This document shows positions 27,513 through 40,490 of a stretch of 62,425 nt of DNA, piece by piece (position 1 is the first letter of the stretch; each line of letters starts with the position of its first letter). Source of the stretch: Rhizodiscina lignyota. Taxonomy: Eukaryota. A model generated the notes under the pieces. It was not told the DNA's origin and ran no database searches. It saw only the letters and a program-made list of their open reading frames with translations. The translations under genes were made by a program, and so were the position numbers. The DNA lies in the NCBI GenBank assembly GCA_010015805.1, contig ML978139.1:434001-496425 (forward strand), given 5' to 3'.

Positions 27513-28425
27513 TCTTCAAAGGAGGAAAAGTGACGGTAAGCGGGATATATGTGTGATGCGAGTGCGGGGGGCAAGATTGGATGGGAAAGCAGGGCTATGA
27601 CAGCGGCAGGCTCGGACGCATTTGAAGGAACAGCGCAGCAGGCGAGCGTCAAAGGGGAAAATGACCGGCGCGCTGTGGAGCAGGTTTCTGGTCAAGCGGC
27701 CAGCCTTCCCGGAGCGGATACGTCAATGTGCCATCGGTGTACCATCGGTAGCTCTCATTTCATCGGGGCAGAGCTCTGGCCGTGACGCAATGGCACAGGG
27801 GATACGGCATGCAGAACGCGAAACGGGATGCAAAAATGTTGGCAGCAATCCCTGTCCTTGCAACTTGTGCACGAAACGGGTCTGCGCTTCCCAGCCATCG
27901 TCTCGATTCGTCTTGGTCGCGAAGTAGGCTTGTGAGGCTCATGGAAGGCCAATCGAGGCTCCTGTCTGGATTCCTGTGCTTCAAATTTTTCTTTGCTCTT
28001 TCACGATGACATCGTCGCACGAGATCTGCGAACCATTGGTGGCTTGCGGAAATGAGCCCGGCCGCGAGAGACATGGGGCGGGGGTAGTACCGTGGTATGC
28101 TGTCTCCCCCGTCAGCAGAAGCCTTTAGAATTGTAACTCCCAAATTCATCTCATTAGAATGCTCATGTGTCGTCTCACCACTTTGCCATTAATCTGTCGT
28201 ATTCCGCAATATGAGCGCGAAATATAGGGACTGTGTGGAGTAGGTTTGAGCGGAATTTCATGCGGACCGTGAAACCGCCAAGCCCCAATGGGCGCGTTCA
28301 TCGTGTCGGCCGTCAATTCACTGCTCACTTGTCCATGTGCTGCTTTCAACATTTCCATGTCTTCATTCCTTTCGAATCTCTCTTTCTCTACCTGTATTAA
28401 CCTTTAGAATTTCCATCACGGTACA

Positions 28426-29279
28426 ATGGCCGACCAGAACGAAGACGCTGTCCGTAAACGCGTCATTGCGCATATGAATGCCGACCACCAAGATTCGGTA
28501 TGCCAGTATCGCTATATCCACTTCCTAGAAGTCATCAGGAATTGACAATGTGTAAAGTTGATACGATACCTACGCCATCAGCATGATCTTGACGAGTCCA
28601 CCGCCTCCAACGCCCGCCTCATCGATATCAACCCCAAGCAAGTCATCCTTGTTGCGTCGAATAAATGCTACACCTTGCCAATGTCACCGCCAATGGCCTC
28701 GCTGAAAGAGTCGCGTGAGCGGCTGATTGCGATGGATGAAGAAGCGCGGAAAGCTCTCGGTCTTCCTCCAGCAGATGGAGGGCACAATGGACAGGTTGCG
28801 AATGGCGCGGCAAAGGAACCGAGTAGAACAAGCACATTGGTCAAGCGCTATGTCCCTCCATCGGGATTCCATCTCGTCGTCTTCCTTGCGTGTCTTGCGA
28901 CATTCACAGTCTTCTCGCGGCAGGAGCATGTGCGACCTGGTAGCCCGTTGTACGATCGCGCTCTGAAGCACGTACCTGCCTTTGCAGAGTTCTGCCAACG
29001 CATTCAGCTGTGGGTTTTCTCGGCAATGCTGGTGATACATACAACTGAGGCGAGTTTTATGGGCTTCGGAAGGCTGCGAAAGTATGGAGTGACGATTGGA
29101 AGCCCGTTGTGGCTGACGTGGGTGGGAAGTTGCTTTATCGAAGGTTTCGGAAGTTTTCAGCGGTGAGTCCAGGGCGGACTAAACTTTCTGCATTTGCTTC
29201 GAGATATTGTACTAATTGAAGCAGGTTGGATCAACTGGTGAAGCGCGAGAAAGAGGTTAAGGAGAACCACTCGCATTGA
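28426..29279 (+). CDS. DUF2470-domain integral membrane protein
   Basis: RVIAHMNADHQDS...YLRH motif (DUF2470-like), then transmembrane segments ending SCFIEGFGSFQR. 3 exons. Confidence 0.75.
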
Positions 29280-29453
29280 GGTGAGGTGACGAGGACTATG
29301 ATACCCAGCTTGATGCCACATGACGATTAGCGATACCCAGAACTACAGACAGTTTATATTTCTGTATGAGCCGTCACCTCGGCCCTATAAGAATGATATA
29401 TTTATATCTTGGAATCGCTCCAGTGCACCACAGTGGAAACATGGGAAAGTTCT

Positions 29454-30918
29454 TCACCGCAGTCTTGCTTTCCAGCTGCCATGTGCCTCTGGATGCTTTA
29501 TGAATACCTCCCAAAACTTTGTCTGCTCATTCTCTGGCCCCAGCAACCACATCGCATATTCGTGCACTATGCGTGCGTATTTAACAGCATTGCGCTTCTC
29601 ACCGACCTCGTTGTGCGCGTATGCGGCGGCTTCCCAAACTCGAAACTTGGGCGCAATCAGTCCTTCCTTGTCGTACAAGGACAGCATTTCCCTTGCGGAG
29701 TCTGGCGTGACAAGCTTTTGCTTCAGCTCCTGCAAACGCGAAAGACGAGTGTTTGATGCTAAGAGACGAAATTCATCTTGGCTGCAGAGTGAACATTTGC
29801 AGCTGAAACCCCAATTCTTGAGAAGCACTTCCTGGCGCTGCTCGTATGGCATTTCCGTGTCAATGTCTGTATATGTTCAGTCAGCAGCATGTAAGAAATA
29901 CGGTAAAAGCTATATTTGGTAAAGAAGATTCATTGGTCAAATCCCTCACATACAAGTGTGCAACAGTTCTTCACCCGGCTCAATCTTGTGAAGAGCGTGA
30001 CCATGATGCGTGAGTGAGTCGGTATCGAATCGATAAAGGACACTGAATATCAATATGAGCACAGCTTTCAGCATGTCGGATCGAAGTTCAGCCTTACTTT
30101 GGCCTGCAATCATGATTCAGTAGCTGTGGTCGATCAGCATTGTATACCAGAAGCTTGAATCGAGAAGAGTATCATCATACAGCAGCTTCTCGCAATAAAG
30201 TCTCATGTTTTACGTTGTCGTCCCCAAAGAACTGGGTGAAGGCGTTTGTTTGCATGATATCTTCTATCGCGTCGCCGCCAGCGCTCTTTCCCATTCCCAG
30301 AGTCAGACTCTTGGTAGCAGCAGGCAATTGATCAATGCCTCTCCAGATTAGCTGCCTCCGAGGGTCGTCCTCAAGATCTTCGTATGCGTTTTCGTTGAAC
30401 ACAAAGATTGGAGAGTCGAGCATGATCAATTCACTCTGTTGGATCGGCCGGTTTGCAATCAAGCCATTCCCACGGCCAGGCAATTGAACCTCCTCGTACG
30501 CATTATCCGGAGACATGCGACCGCAATCATCTCGATTCGCAAAGGCGGCAGATGCTGCAATTGTCGCTGCGATGGGTGGTGTAGTCACTACGCTGATTCC
30601 TTGGCCGCAGCGGAAGTTGATGTTCGTATAGACACAAAACTCGAGCATCTCTGGCGACTGACTATTATCGGACCTTTGGCTCGCCGCGACTGGCAGGCAA
30701 AACGGTTCGTGTGTCCATGGGCCGAAATCTGAAAAACCTGACGAGTTCGACGAAGAAATTAAAGTGATTCCTGGTAGCACTTGCTGCACTTGAGATACAA
30801 GACCTGCAATGCTAGAGCTGTAGAATTGACTGAGAGTATCTTTGAACCAAGAATCTCTTGCCACTGTACCCATGCCGAATAGTATGAAGACGGTGATTAT
30901 ATTGAACCGGATATCCAT
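29454..30918 (-). CDS. SET-domain protein with N-terminal hydrophobic segment, multi-exon
   Basis: PGRGNGLIANRPI, IMQTNAF, spliced NHDCRP, GEELLH and post-SET WGFSCKCSLC. Confidence 0.75.
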
Positions 30919-32788
30919 TGTAAATTCTGACAATCGACAAGGTAAGAAAATAGAGATGAGTGAGAAAGCTTGTAGAGAAACTTCTTTTTGACTATCGTGG
31001 CATCATGGCAGTTGAACGCGTACTCCCACGGCCCTTGCAAAAATGGGAGTCTAGGCCAGCGGACGAACTTGCAGGAAACTGAAATTCAGAGCTGACGGGC
31101 ATCAGTGACATTTCGGAGGTCTCGTACTTGTGGAATGCGAAAGGCGCTATAAACTCTCATTTTTCATTTCCTTAATCGGAGCGAAGAAGTTCGATACAGT
31201 AGAGTCAAGGAACCTGAAATGTGACGGGTTGAAGTTGAAGTTCTAGGGAATTTTCCTTTTCCGTTTCCGGCGCCTCAACTCCAAGTTCTCCAGCGGAGCT
31301 TCAGTCCAAGCTTGCTGCTATCTTTGCTCTGCACACTCCACAACACCACGGTTTGACGGAGTGGGCAGGACACTTTTCACTGCTTTGTGAAAGAGCCAGA
31401 AGAAAGTTTACTCTACTGATTACTCCCCGAGATTCAACCACAGAGCGCAAACTGTGTGCTTTCGACCCACCTCACGTCTCGAACCTTTGCGAAATACCTT
31501 ATACCCCGGAAGTTATGGATGAGATTTTCACGGTTTCCACATGACGATTGTGAAGGCAAGGGATCTGGATGGCGCTATTCATGTTGCCAGAGTCATTTGG
31601 CTCTGTTCTTGCGAACCTAGGAATCTTGTGCCTTTCGATCCCTTGCGAACCTTTCGATTCGACGTTGAACAATCCGGCGTGTAGACAAACAGCAGAGAAA
31701 TGAGTGTGGACCCGTTCTGTGGTGGTATTCCGTGTGATGGCAATGAGCAAGGGCGCAGGAATTTCGCTTCATATTGCTCTGGATATCATATCGCATGGTG
31801 GAACTCAGTTCAGGCAGTTCACACTCAGATTTGTGTGACACGAGTGATTTGGAGCAGCGCAGTTCCCTTATCCCTCCTTCATGTTTTAATTGAATGTCAA
31901 AATCGGTTCGTCTCATCAGTCAATTCCAATTTTCAGGGCGCACCATGCTGTACGAGAAGATGAGCTCGAGTCTACGTTTGTGGTTCAACGCTCATGGACA
32001 TAGGGCGTATCAGGCGTCTATGCTACTAACAAATCCAACTTGAGAATATCAGCAATTATTCTCCCAGGATATCATCTGAATGTTGATCACAGAGAGCAAC
32101 ATGCATAGTGTCCGAGTCGCTGAGGCCGAACGACACACTCAACCTCCCCGCACACCTTTCAAGGCCCAGATCAACCTTCAAAATGACCTGACAGATCCAA
32201 TGTTCCGATTCAGGCGTTCGCTGCGCTTCGAGAGCGACATTAGAGTGTATCTTGAATATCAATCTCCCATGTCAGCTTGGCATCGGCTGCTTGTAAGCGT
32301 GTTCGATACGACGGCAAATCGAAGGACACTGTGCCAATCCGGAACTCACAGAGGGGGACTTCTATAAGCGATGCAATGTGTTTCAAGATAAGAGACCCTT
32401 GACGCTCCGATTGATTCGGATCCTTCGCAAGGATCAACAACATGGTGGCCAATCGGCTCATCACCATTTTCATGGGAGATGCTGATAAGACCATTCTTAC
32501 ACTCTATAGCGATGCTGGCATTTGGCGATTCGAGAACGACTTTGGCGTCGCAAGCCTGCATACCGTTCCTGGCAATTCCCCGACGCCTGTCTCTGTCTCT
32601 TCTGGAATGTCCAATTCTCCGGGAAACAAGCATGGAACTGTTCGATAAGCGCATTCATGTATCCGGTGCTTTGGTACAAATGTCCTGCATCTTGCTATTG
32701 TCTGAGCTCTCTGCATTTCTCGCCTGCTGGAGCACTTCAAGCTAGATCGACGCTCTCGGCGAATTCAATACTCATACCTCGAGACACA

Positions 32789-34754
32789 ATGGGTTGGAGA
32801 GTACACCTTCCTGGCATCCACGCGCCAGCTCCCAATGGACTCAAAACGCCTCCGGAGGTCTATAATTGGCATCTTCTGCTACTTGGTCTTGTCGCTTCTG
32901 GAGGTGGAATCATTTTTGGATATGATCTCGCGTTCGTGAGCGGGGTTTTCTCATTGCCTTCGTTTCTTTCGCGATTTCACCTCGATGCTCAGTCGGCCTC
33001 ATCCCTCCAAACCAATGTTCTCGCTACATGTGAGTGTGATTCATATCACCATGCTGCAAACTTCTGCTGACATGTGCCACAGTCCAAGCCGGAGCATTTT
33101 TCGGCGTTATATTCTGTTATTGGTTCAACGAACGCTATGGACGTCGCATTGCATTGATAATGGCGGGATGTATATTCAACATTGGTGTGATCATGCAGCT
33201 AGCAGCACATGGAAACCATGCTGTCTTCTACGTCGGGCGCATTCTGAGCGGCTTTGGTGTTGGGGCTAGCACATTCATCTCGCCCCAGTATCTTTCTGAA
33301 ACATCACCACCAAGCGGAAGAGGTGCAGTCATTGGCTTTGTGTGTTGCGCTATCTAAGATCTGCCCTCCCCTACTAACTGGTGTCCAGTTTGAAATCGGC
33401 ATTCAAGTCGGCTCCATAGTAGGATTTTGGATCAATTTCGGCGTCAATCAGCATGTTTGTGAACCCTACTTCCTGGCACATCTGCTCCGCATATCAAGCT
33501 AATTCCAACAACTAGATGAATCCAAAAAACGATGCTCAATGGATGGTCCCAGTTTCGATGCAACTCGTTCCGGTCACGGTCATGATCATTGGCCTTGCAA
33601 TGCTCCACGAATCTCCTCGCTGGCTCTATCTGAAGGGTAAACGGTCTCAATCGATCAAGTCTCTTACATGGCTCCGAAAGCTACCACAGACCCATCCGTA
33701 CGTCGCCGCAGAGCTCAACGATTACGAACGCCAAATGGAACACGAGCTCGACATTACCACTTCGTCTGGATTTCAAGCCATCTGGCGCGAGACATTCAGC
33801 AAACAAGTCAGGTTCAGACTGTTTATCGGATGTTTCATGCAGATACTGCTTAATTCAACAGGCGTGAATGCATTGAATTACTTCATCGTCACGTTCTTCC
33901 AATCTGTCGGATACACTGGAACAGTATGCATGCCGTTGACACTTTGGTTTGCCAAGTACACGCTGACGTGACATAACAGAGCGTAAAACTCCTTGCCAGC
34001 GGTATATACGGCATAGTCAAGGGTTCTGTCGTGGTCGTCACTTACCTTCTCCTTGTCGACAGGTTTGGACGGCGACCTCTAATTTTCGCCGGGACAGTGG
34101 GCATTGCGTTCTCGATGTACTACATTGCCGGCTTCGCAAGTATTACCGATAGCTTCCACTCCACGCCACCGCCAGCAGCCAGCAAATCCGCAATTGCTTT
34201 CATCTATCTCTACGGTGCAAGCTACGTGAGTGGATTGCCTTGTACAATAAAACGCTCAGCTGACATCGTCCCCAGTCTCTCGGATGGTCATTTGCCTTTA
34301 TAATCGCTGCCGAAATCTTCCCGAACAGGTAAGGCACTGCATGTGTGCTGGGAAGGGAACTTTACTGACCTTCCAAAGAGTCCGAACTTTCTGCATGACC
34401 TGGACAACAGCCTTTCACTGGATCGGCGAATTCTACACGTCGTACTCTGTGGCATTTATGCTAAGGAACATCACGTATGGGACTTTCCTCTTCTACGGCT
34501 CCATCACGGTTCTTGGTGGCGTCTTTGTCTTCTTCTTCGTCCCAGAAACAAATGGAATGGCTCTCGAAGATATGGACATCCTGTTCGAGGCGAAGGGATT
34601 TGCGCGACAGCAGATGAGGACGTACAGGGAGTGGAAGAAGTCGCAACAAGTTGTAATAGAGGGAAAAGACGTAGAGCAGGACGAGCAGGGCACAGATGTC
34701 GGGCAGACTAAAGATGAGGCGGTCACAGTAATCGCGGAAGAGCGTAAGAATTGA
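32789..34754 (+). CDS. MFS sugar porter (quinate permease-like), multi-exon
   Basis: Motifs IFGYDL, RYGRR, GRILSGFGVG, SETSP, ESPRWL, DRFGRR, AEIFP and PETNG across several introns. Confidence 0.9.
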
Positions 34755-35465
34755 TGGATACCGGTCATCGATTGTCGTGTATCTGAATTTAAACATCTCC
34801 ATTTGCGGGACTCTCCGTTACCGCCAAGATAATGACTTGGACTGTCCATAATCATGGGGATATACAAGAACTATTATGAACATCCCAGTTATGTAAAAGA
34901 ACGCTCGTGCGAGCTTGAACGCGAGCGACTTCTTTGGTCTCTGTTCTGCCCTCCGCTCCGCCTCCGCCTCTCCGCCTCTCCGCCAGCGGCCAAGGCGCTA
35001 TTCAAGCGAAGCAAAGGATCGACATCCCAAGCTAAAGGAACATGATGATTTTGTTCGAAGCTGTCGTGCTCTGTCTTGAGACTTCAAGACTTGGGATGGC
35101 TATATCGTTTTGTCATAACCTCGATGCGACTCATGATCGTTTCCTCACTATGCTACCTGGCAAGACCTTGAGTTGGCTTTTGCAATTGCTAATCTTTCAT
35201 TTCTCACGAAGCCATAACAGGCAAGTTTCTCGTGCACAGGCGACGACAACCGTAACGACATGATCGTTTTCCTGCCATTAGGAGCAACCATGCTCAATAT
35301 TTGCAGATGTTTGACACACTCCTCTAGTTCCCCTCCCTCGTCGACGGCCCACCACATATTCTATTCCTCTCCCTCACTTGACGAAGACAAAGACGCCAAT
35401 GTAACTCCATAACTCCAGTATATCCATTATCGGACAACTGTATCCCACCTCTATCAGCCTCCCGC

Positions 35466-36095
35466 TCATCGGTACACAACAACGTGGAAAACGATGTAGC
35501 AGAAAACAAAACCAATCAGTACAATTGGTCCAAGGAAGATGGCGAGAAGCGCAATTTCTGCACCTGGAACAGTCGATTTAACCGCGCGAGCCATTGTTGC
35601 GATGCTCTCCTCAGCGGGTGCACGAAGCTCGTCGTCATACGGAGCGAAGGGCCGGACGTAGATAACTCCCGAATGTGGAATCGTCGCAACCTTGAAGAAG
35701 TCGCATCGGTCGGCCTCGAGTACGATCTGCGGACGCGCGAAGCCTGCCTTCTCCAACTTCTTTCTCACGTCTGAGAGATACTGGACGCACCAATCTGATG
35801 CGATGATAACCGATGCGTTTCGACTGGGCTCGATGACCCTGAAGCTGCACCACTCGCTGATATCAAAGTCACACAATGTTTCGCCCTTATATCCGAGTTG
35901 TTCAAGTCGCGTGTAGGTGGCGTTTGATGGTGTGATGGCATATTCTTGCGCTAAATGGTGCTTGTTGTTGTTCTTATGTTCATTACTTGAACTGTCTGCT
36001 GCAACGGCTGCTGCGGGTGCGGCGGCTGCGACAGCTCCACCAGCGACGACAAATGCTGGTTGGATGACGGCGAAGGCAAGCAGAAAGAGCTTCAT
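35466..36095 (-). CDS. Hypothetical secreted/type I membrane protein
   Basis: Signal peptide MKLFLLAFAVIQPAFVVA, 4 Cys in the ectodomain and a C-terminal hydrophobic helix. Confidence 0.6.
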   Translation of the reverse strand: MKLFLLAFAVIQPAFVVAGGAVAAAAPAAAVAADSSSNEHKNNNKHHLAQEYAITPSNATYTRLEQLGYKGETLCDFDISEWCSFRVIEPSRNASVIIASDWCVQYLSDVRKKLEKAGFARPQIVLEADRCDFFKVATIPHSGVIYVRPFAPYDDELRAPAEESIATMARAVKSTVPGAEIALLAIFLGPIVLIGFVFCYIVFHVVVYR

Positions 36096-37988
36096 AATGA
36101 TGATCGAGGCCTTAACCGTGGGAGGCGAATATGACGCTGAGATGCAGAATTTCAAGCAGAGGGTGAACTTGTATATTTCCTGCACTCTACAGGGTATGCC
36201 TCGTGGAAGCCTCCTAAGCCTCCTACGCCTCTACCTTCGTTTACTTCGCCGTAATGCTAATGTGTCTTGATGTGTTTGTCAGTGTTGATCTCTACGCATT
36301 TTCATTCGCCGTGGCCGTTGAATACTCCGCGCAGCCTACCAACCAACACGGCTGTGATGCATTTGCGGCTACTTCAATGAACGCCTCACTGCGGGGCTTA
36401 CATACACAATGAAGCCAGAAACCACATTGCGCTTCATTCACTTTTGTGTATGTGCTGTGGTCAAGGCTGCATTTCATTCGAGTGCTTCTTCGGAAAAGGA
36501 ACTGTCATGGTTTTTAACGGTGGCATGCTTGGATCCAAACAGAAACTTTCGCGGTATCAGGCACTGGACTTTCCTGTTACAGGCTCGAAACACGCAAATC
36601 ATCAGCGCATTAACAAAATAATATTACCAAAAATGCAACTAACGAAAGTACTTCGATACCACCGTCGCGGCTACTGGGCGCAGACCCAAGCCGCCATCGA
36701 AACGTTGCACGTGTAATTGCCACTGTTGCTATGTATGTGCCGGCGCGACATTAGAGTGCCACATGGACGGCGATGCAGCTAAGTCCTACCTCTACTCAGG
36801 TTAGCGTTGAGTAATTCGCTGAGGCCGTTATTGAGGAATGTTGGTCGCGAAGAGGTGGAGGCCGGAGAAGATGGTTTGTGAAAGTACACCTTGAAAGAAA
36901 TCAGGCCGAGGATTGGATCAAATCCTTCGCCAGGAAATGTGCTATATTTTATTTTAGCATATCTCCAAGAATAATATCTTCAGCTGTCAAGAGCTGTTCG
37001 AGTACGTCGTCGCATTGTACCCATCATTGTGAGATTACTGGCATGAATGAGCAGGTCGGCTTTGGGAAGCGCTTACGGAATCCTTTGACTTTCGAGGTCT
37101 GAGATGCAGAGGGTGCGAGTTTGGACTTCTGATGAAACTAGAATATCATATTCGAATCTCTTCCGTAAGAGATAGAAGAATTGCTAAATAATCGGGGATT
37201 CTCCCCCCGACTTCCGAAGTCCTTCGGCTCCAGCTGGACATCTCTTCCCTTTTTGAGGCTCATGACCACGTATCAAATGGAGACCGCTGCTAGTATCCTC
37301 TCTAGTCAAGTATCCCGTGTATCGCTCGCGTCATTTAGGCATAAAGACAAACAAGATGTCTGGTGATGCAACGAGCGACAAAGCCGATCAATCACTGCTA
37401 AAGGAGTTGAAAGCCTTCGCTCATGCTGCCGCATTTTGACAAGACGCGGTAAGCCAATGAGGTTCGATCGGAGTCTCTCTTACTTTTTGCAAGCAATGGG
37501 ACTATCTTGCTGCCTCATATCTGGAGTACGGCCTTCTTGTCTCTACGCCTGCGAGTGTGCCACATAAAGGGAACTGTCGATGGCACCGCCGTACCACTCA
37601 CTGGCAGCAGAAGCCAACAAACAAACAATTGCAGGCAGGATAACTGGATCCAAGCCAATATGGAACTACAGAACGATGTACACCTGCGTAGACAATTCCC
37701 CCAAGCCCGGCCCGCTACCGGCTTGCATGTCGTTCTCCACCACCTTTTAAATCCCTTGATTCCTTCTTCCAGCCCCCCACAATCCGTCTGAAGCATTTAG
37801 TGTCATCACGAAAGATACGCCTCGTCCATTTGCATCCAATTCTGCTCAGGAATTTCCCAATTGGCATTTAGAGGTCAACTATTTAACTGCAGGGGCTGGA
37901 GCTGTTCAGTTCTGCTTGCAAGCAAGGCTCACGCATTTCTCCGTCGCATTAAGAGCAGTAAAATAATCAATAGGACGCTTCCTCTGAA

Positions 37989-38957
37989 ATGACGGAAACT
38001 GCGGCAGCTTCCACGTCGTTCTCGCCGGAAAAGACATTCAAGTCATACACACGCGAGCAAGGCGAGGCCTATGCGCAGAGCCGACGCGGCTACCATCCCA
38101 AGCTATATGAAACCATTGTCGATTATCACACATCCCACGGTGGCAAACTAGACACTCTTCTTGATGTCGGCTGCGGTCCAGGAATCTCAGTCCGAGAATT
38201 TGCACCGCGCTTCGCTCACGCCATTGGGCTTGATGGATCGGAAGGAATGATCGGTACGGCTCGTTCCATTGGTGGTGCCACATCAACATCCGAATCCATT
38301 CGTTTTGAAGTGTCTCCTGCTGAAGAACTTGGATCTCAAGTATCACCGCCCATTCCAGACTCCAGTGTCGACGTCATAACCTCCGCGACTGCTGCGCACT
38401 GGTTCAACATGTCGGAATTCTGGCCACGAGCCGCAAAGATCCTGAAACCGGGCGGTACCGTTGCATTATGGACAACAAGCAGCAGAATCTTCGTGCATCC
38501 GTCGACGCCAAACCATGAATTAATCCAAGCCTCTATATACGAGCACCTTGAACGGCAGCTTGCCCCTTACGTTGAGCCTGGCAATATGCTGGCCCGGAAT
38601 CTATATGTTGACCTCAAGCTCCCTTGGACACTCGAACAGACGGTACCTGGATTTGATCAGAGCACATTCGTCCGAAGGGAATGGAATCGCAGTGGAGCAA
38701 ACGCGGCAGATGATGAATTTCTAATGAGCCAATACACATTGAAGCTGGAAGCACTCGAGAAAGTGCTCGGGACCGCAAGTTGGGTGACACGGTGGCGCGA
38801 GGCACATCCAGATGCCGCTGGTACAGAGAGTGATGTGCTGAGGATGATGAGGACAGAGACTGAGCGGCTGTTGCACGAGGCTGGCGTGGAAGAGGGAAAT
38901 GAAGTGATAACGGGTGGTAGAGCTGGTGTATTGCTGATGCTGCAGAAGAAGGCGTAA
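37989..38957 (+). CDS. Class I SAM-dependent methyltransferase (trans-aconitate methyltransferase-like)
   Basis: LLDVGCGPG motif I, GLDGSEGMI, ATAAHWF and LKPGGTVALW in a 322-aa ORF. Confidence 0.87.
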   Translation: MTETAAASTSFSPEKTFKSYTREQGEAYAQSRRGYHPKLYETIVDYHTSHGGKLDTLLDVGCGPGISVREFAPRFAHAIGLDGSEGMIGTARSIGGATSTSESIRFEVSPAEELGSQVSPPIPDSSVDVITSATAAHWFNMSEFWPRAAKILKPGGTVALWTTSSRIFVHPSTPNHELIQASIYEHLERQLAPYVEPGNMLARNLYVDLKLPWTLEQTVPGFDQSTFVRREWNRSGANAADDEFLMSQYTLKLEALEKVLGTASWVTRWREAHPDAAGTESDVLRMMRTETERLLHEAGVEEGNEVITGGRAGVLLMLQKKA

Positions 38958-40490
38958 AATCTTTCTGCGGAGTGAAGAAAGTCAAGAAAGGAACAATAGC
39001 AATGAAAAGTCAGCCTGCTCATTGAAACGACCGTATAGCTTTGTGATGAAAGCGTGATTTCAGCTGACCCATTGCACAGATGCGAGCGTATGGACTGTAG
39101 TTAACGAATCTGGGATTTTTTATATATAATGCTTATCGAAACTCTCTGGTCGGTGACGAGTCAATACTTACTTAGAAATGGGATTGTTTGATCATACACT
39201 TTCGCGCAAACTTTTTGGAGCTTATTGATTGACAAAATGCTACTTCAATACAGGCCCAGATCCCAAGAGTCAATGATGCCCATAGCTTCTGTTGCACAAC
39301 TGGCACCAGTGGAGACCATCAAACAGCAGCATCCCGACACGCATCAATTCGTTTAATAATCTCGTATAAAGTATCCTCTAACGCCAGACTTCAGATGGGA
39401 TCATATGAGAAGAGCAATGATGCTATCGCAACGAGCGATGCCAATCATAGAATCAGCGAGACTGTATCGAGAATCTTGACTTGAAATTAGAAGTGCATCC
39501 TTCAACGGTTTCAGACAGATGAAATGTAATGCATGCTGAGAGAGACTTCTCAAATATGACCATTCTGGCTTGCAACACTGCAATTACTTCACTGAATGTT
39601 CCAAGGAGGTACTAACGATGAAAAATTGGGAAACAGTCACAAGAACAAAGTGCTGTGATTTGGGAGAAGGACGAGAACAACAGACCTGCTCACGTTTCTG
39701 ACCTCCATTGCAACAGGAACGAAGTATCGATGTATTCCCACAAATCATTCACCTCCGAGGCATCAATGCCTCAAAAGTCACCTCGAGTTATTGTGGTATT
39801 CGCAGCCTGGTGCTCTCTACCGCGAGCACTGAAATAACTAACCATCTCTTCGTTTATTTCATGCTCACTTTCTCATTCTCGATGTTATCACGACTCAATG
39901 CTGACATAGATCAATTGAAATGCAGAATGACGCGTCCCTTGCTGTGCCCTTCTTTTCACATAATTCTCGCGGCGATCTTATGCCCTGAATGCAGGCTGCA
40001 AGGCAGACTTCGTATTCACCAACGGTTGCATCGATCCGGCTAGAGTCCTGACTCCCAGCCAATTCCCTGCGACCCCTGAATATGAATATACAAAAGCTTG
40101 ATCAATTGCCTGGACACACTAAAAGGCGTCGGTCAGCCTTTGGCTCACGAACAGATCACGCTAGACCGAGAAGGGTTCCATTCCTCCACAGCACAGCAAG
40201 CCCCGCATATACAACCATGAAGTCGAAATGAAGGAATCAGACGAAGGCTTCTTCTTGCAAGCCATATTCTGGAAATGAGCGTGGGAGGCATCGTTTGCGA
40301 AAGGCAGTTTTCAAAATGAGTGATTTCGGCGTAGACGACGCGGAGGATAAATTGATAGCAAGAGCGAGCATTTTCTATTCTCGAGACTCAAGGCGAATAT
40401 CTTCCGACTTGCGACTCAACTTTCCTCTAATTTGCTCTACGTCAATCTCTCAATTTTCCCTCGTTCGGTTCCTCACTCACCTGTTCCGCA

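Noticed and set aside
31350..32700. Short ORFs upstream of the sugar porter that might be a decayed gene
   Set aside because: No recognisable motif and no consistent splice model could be built.
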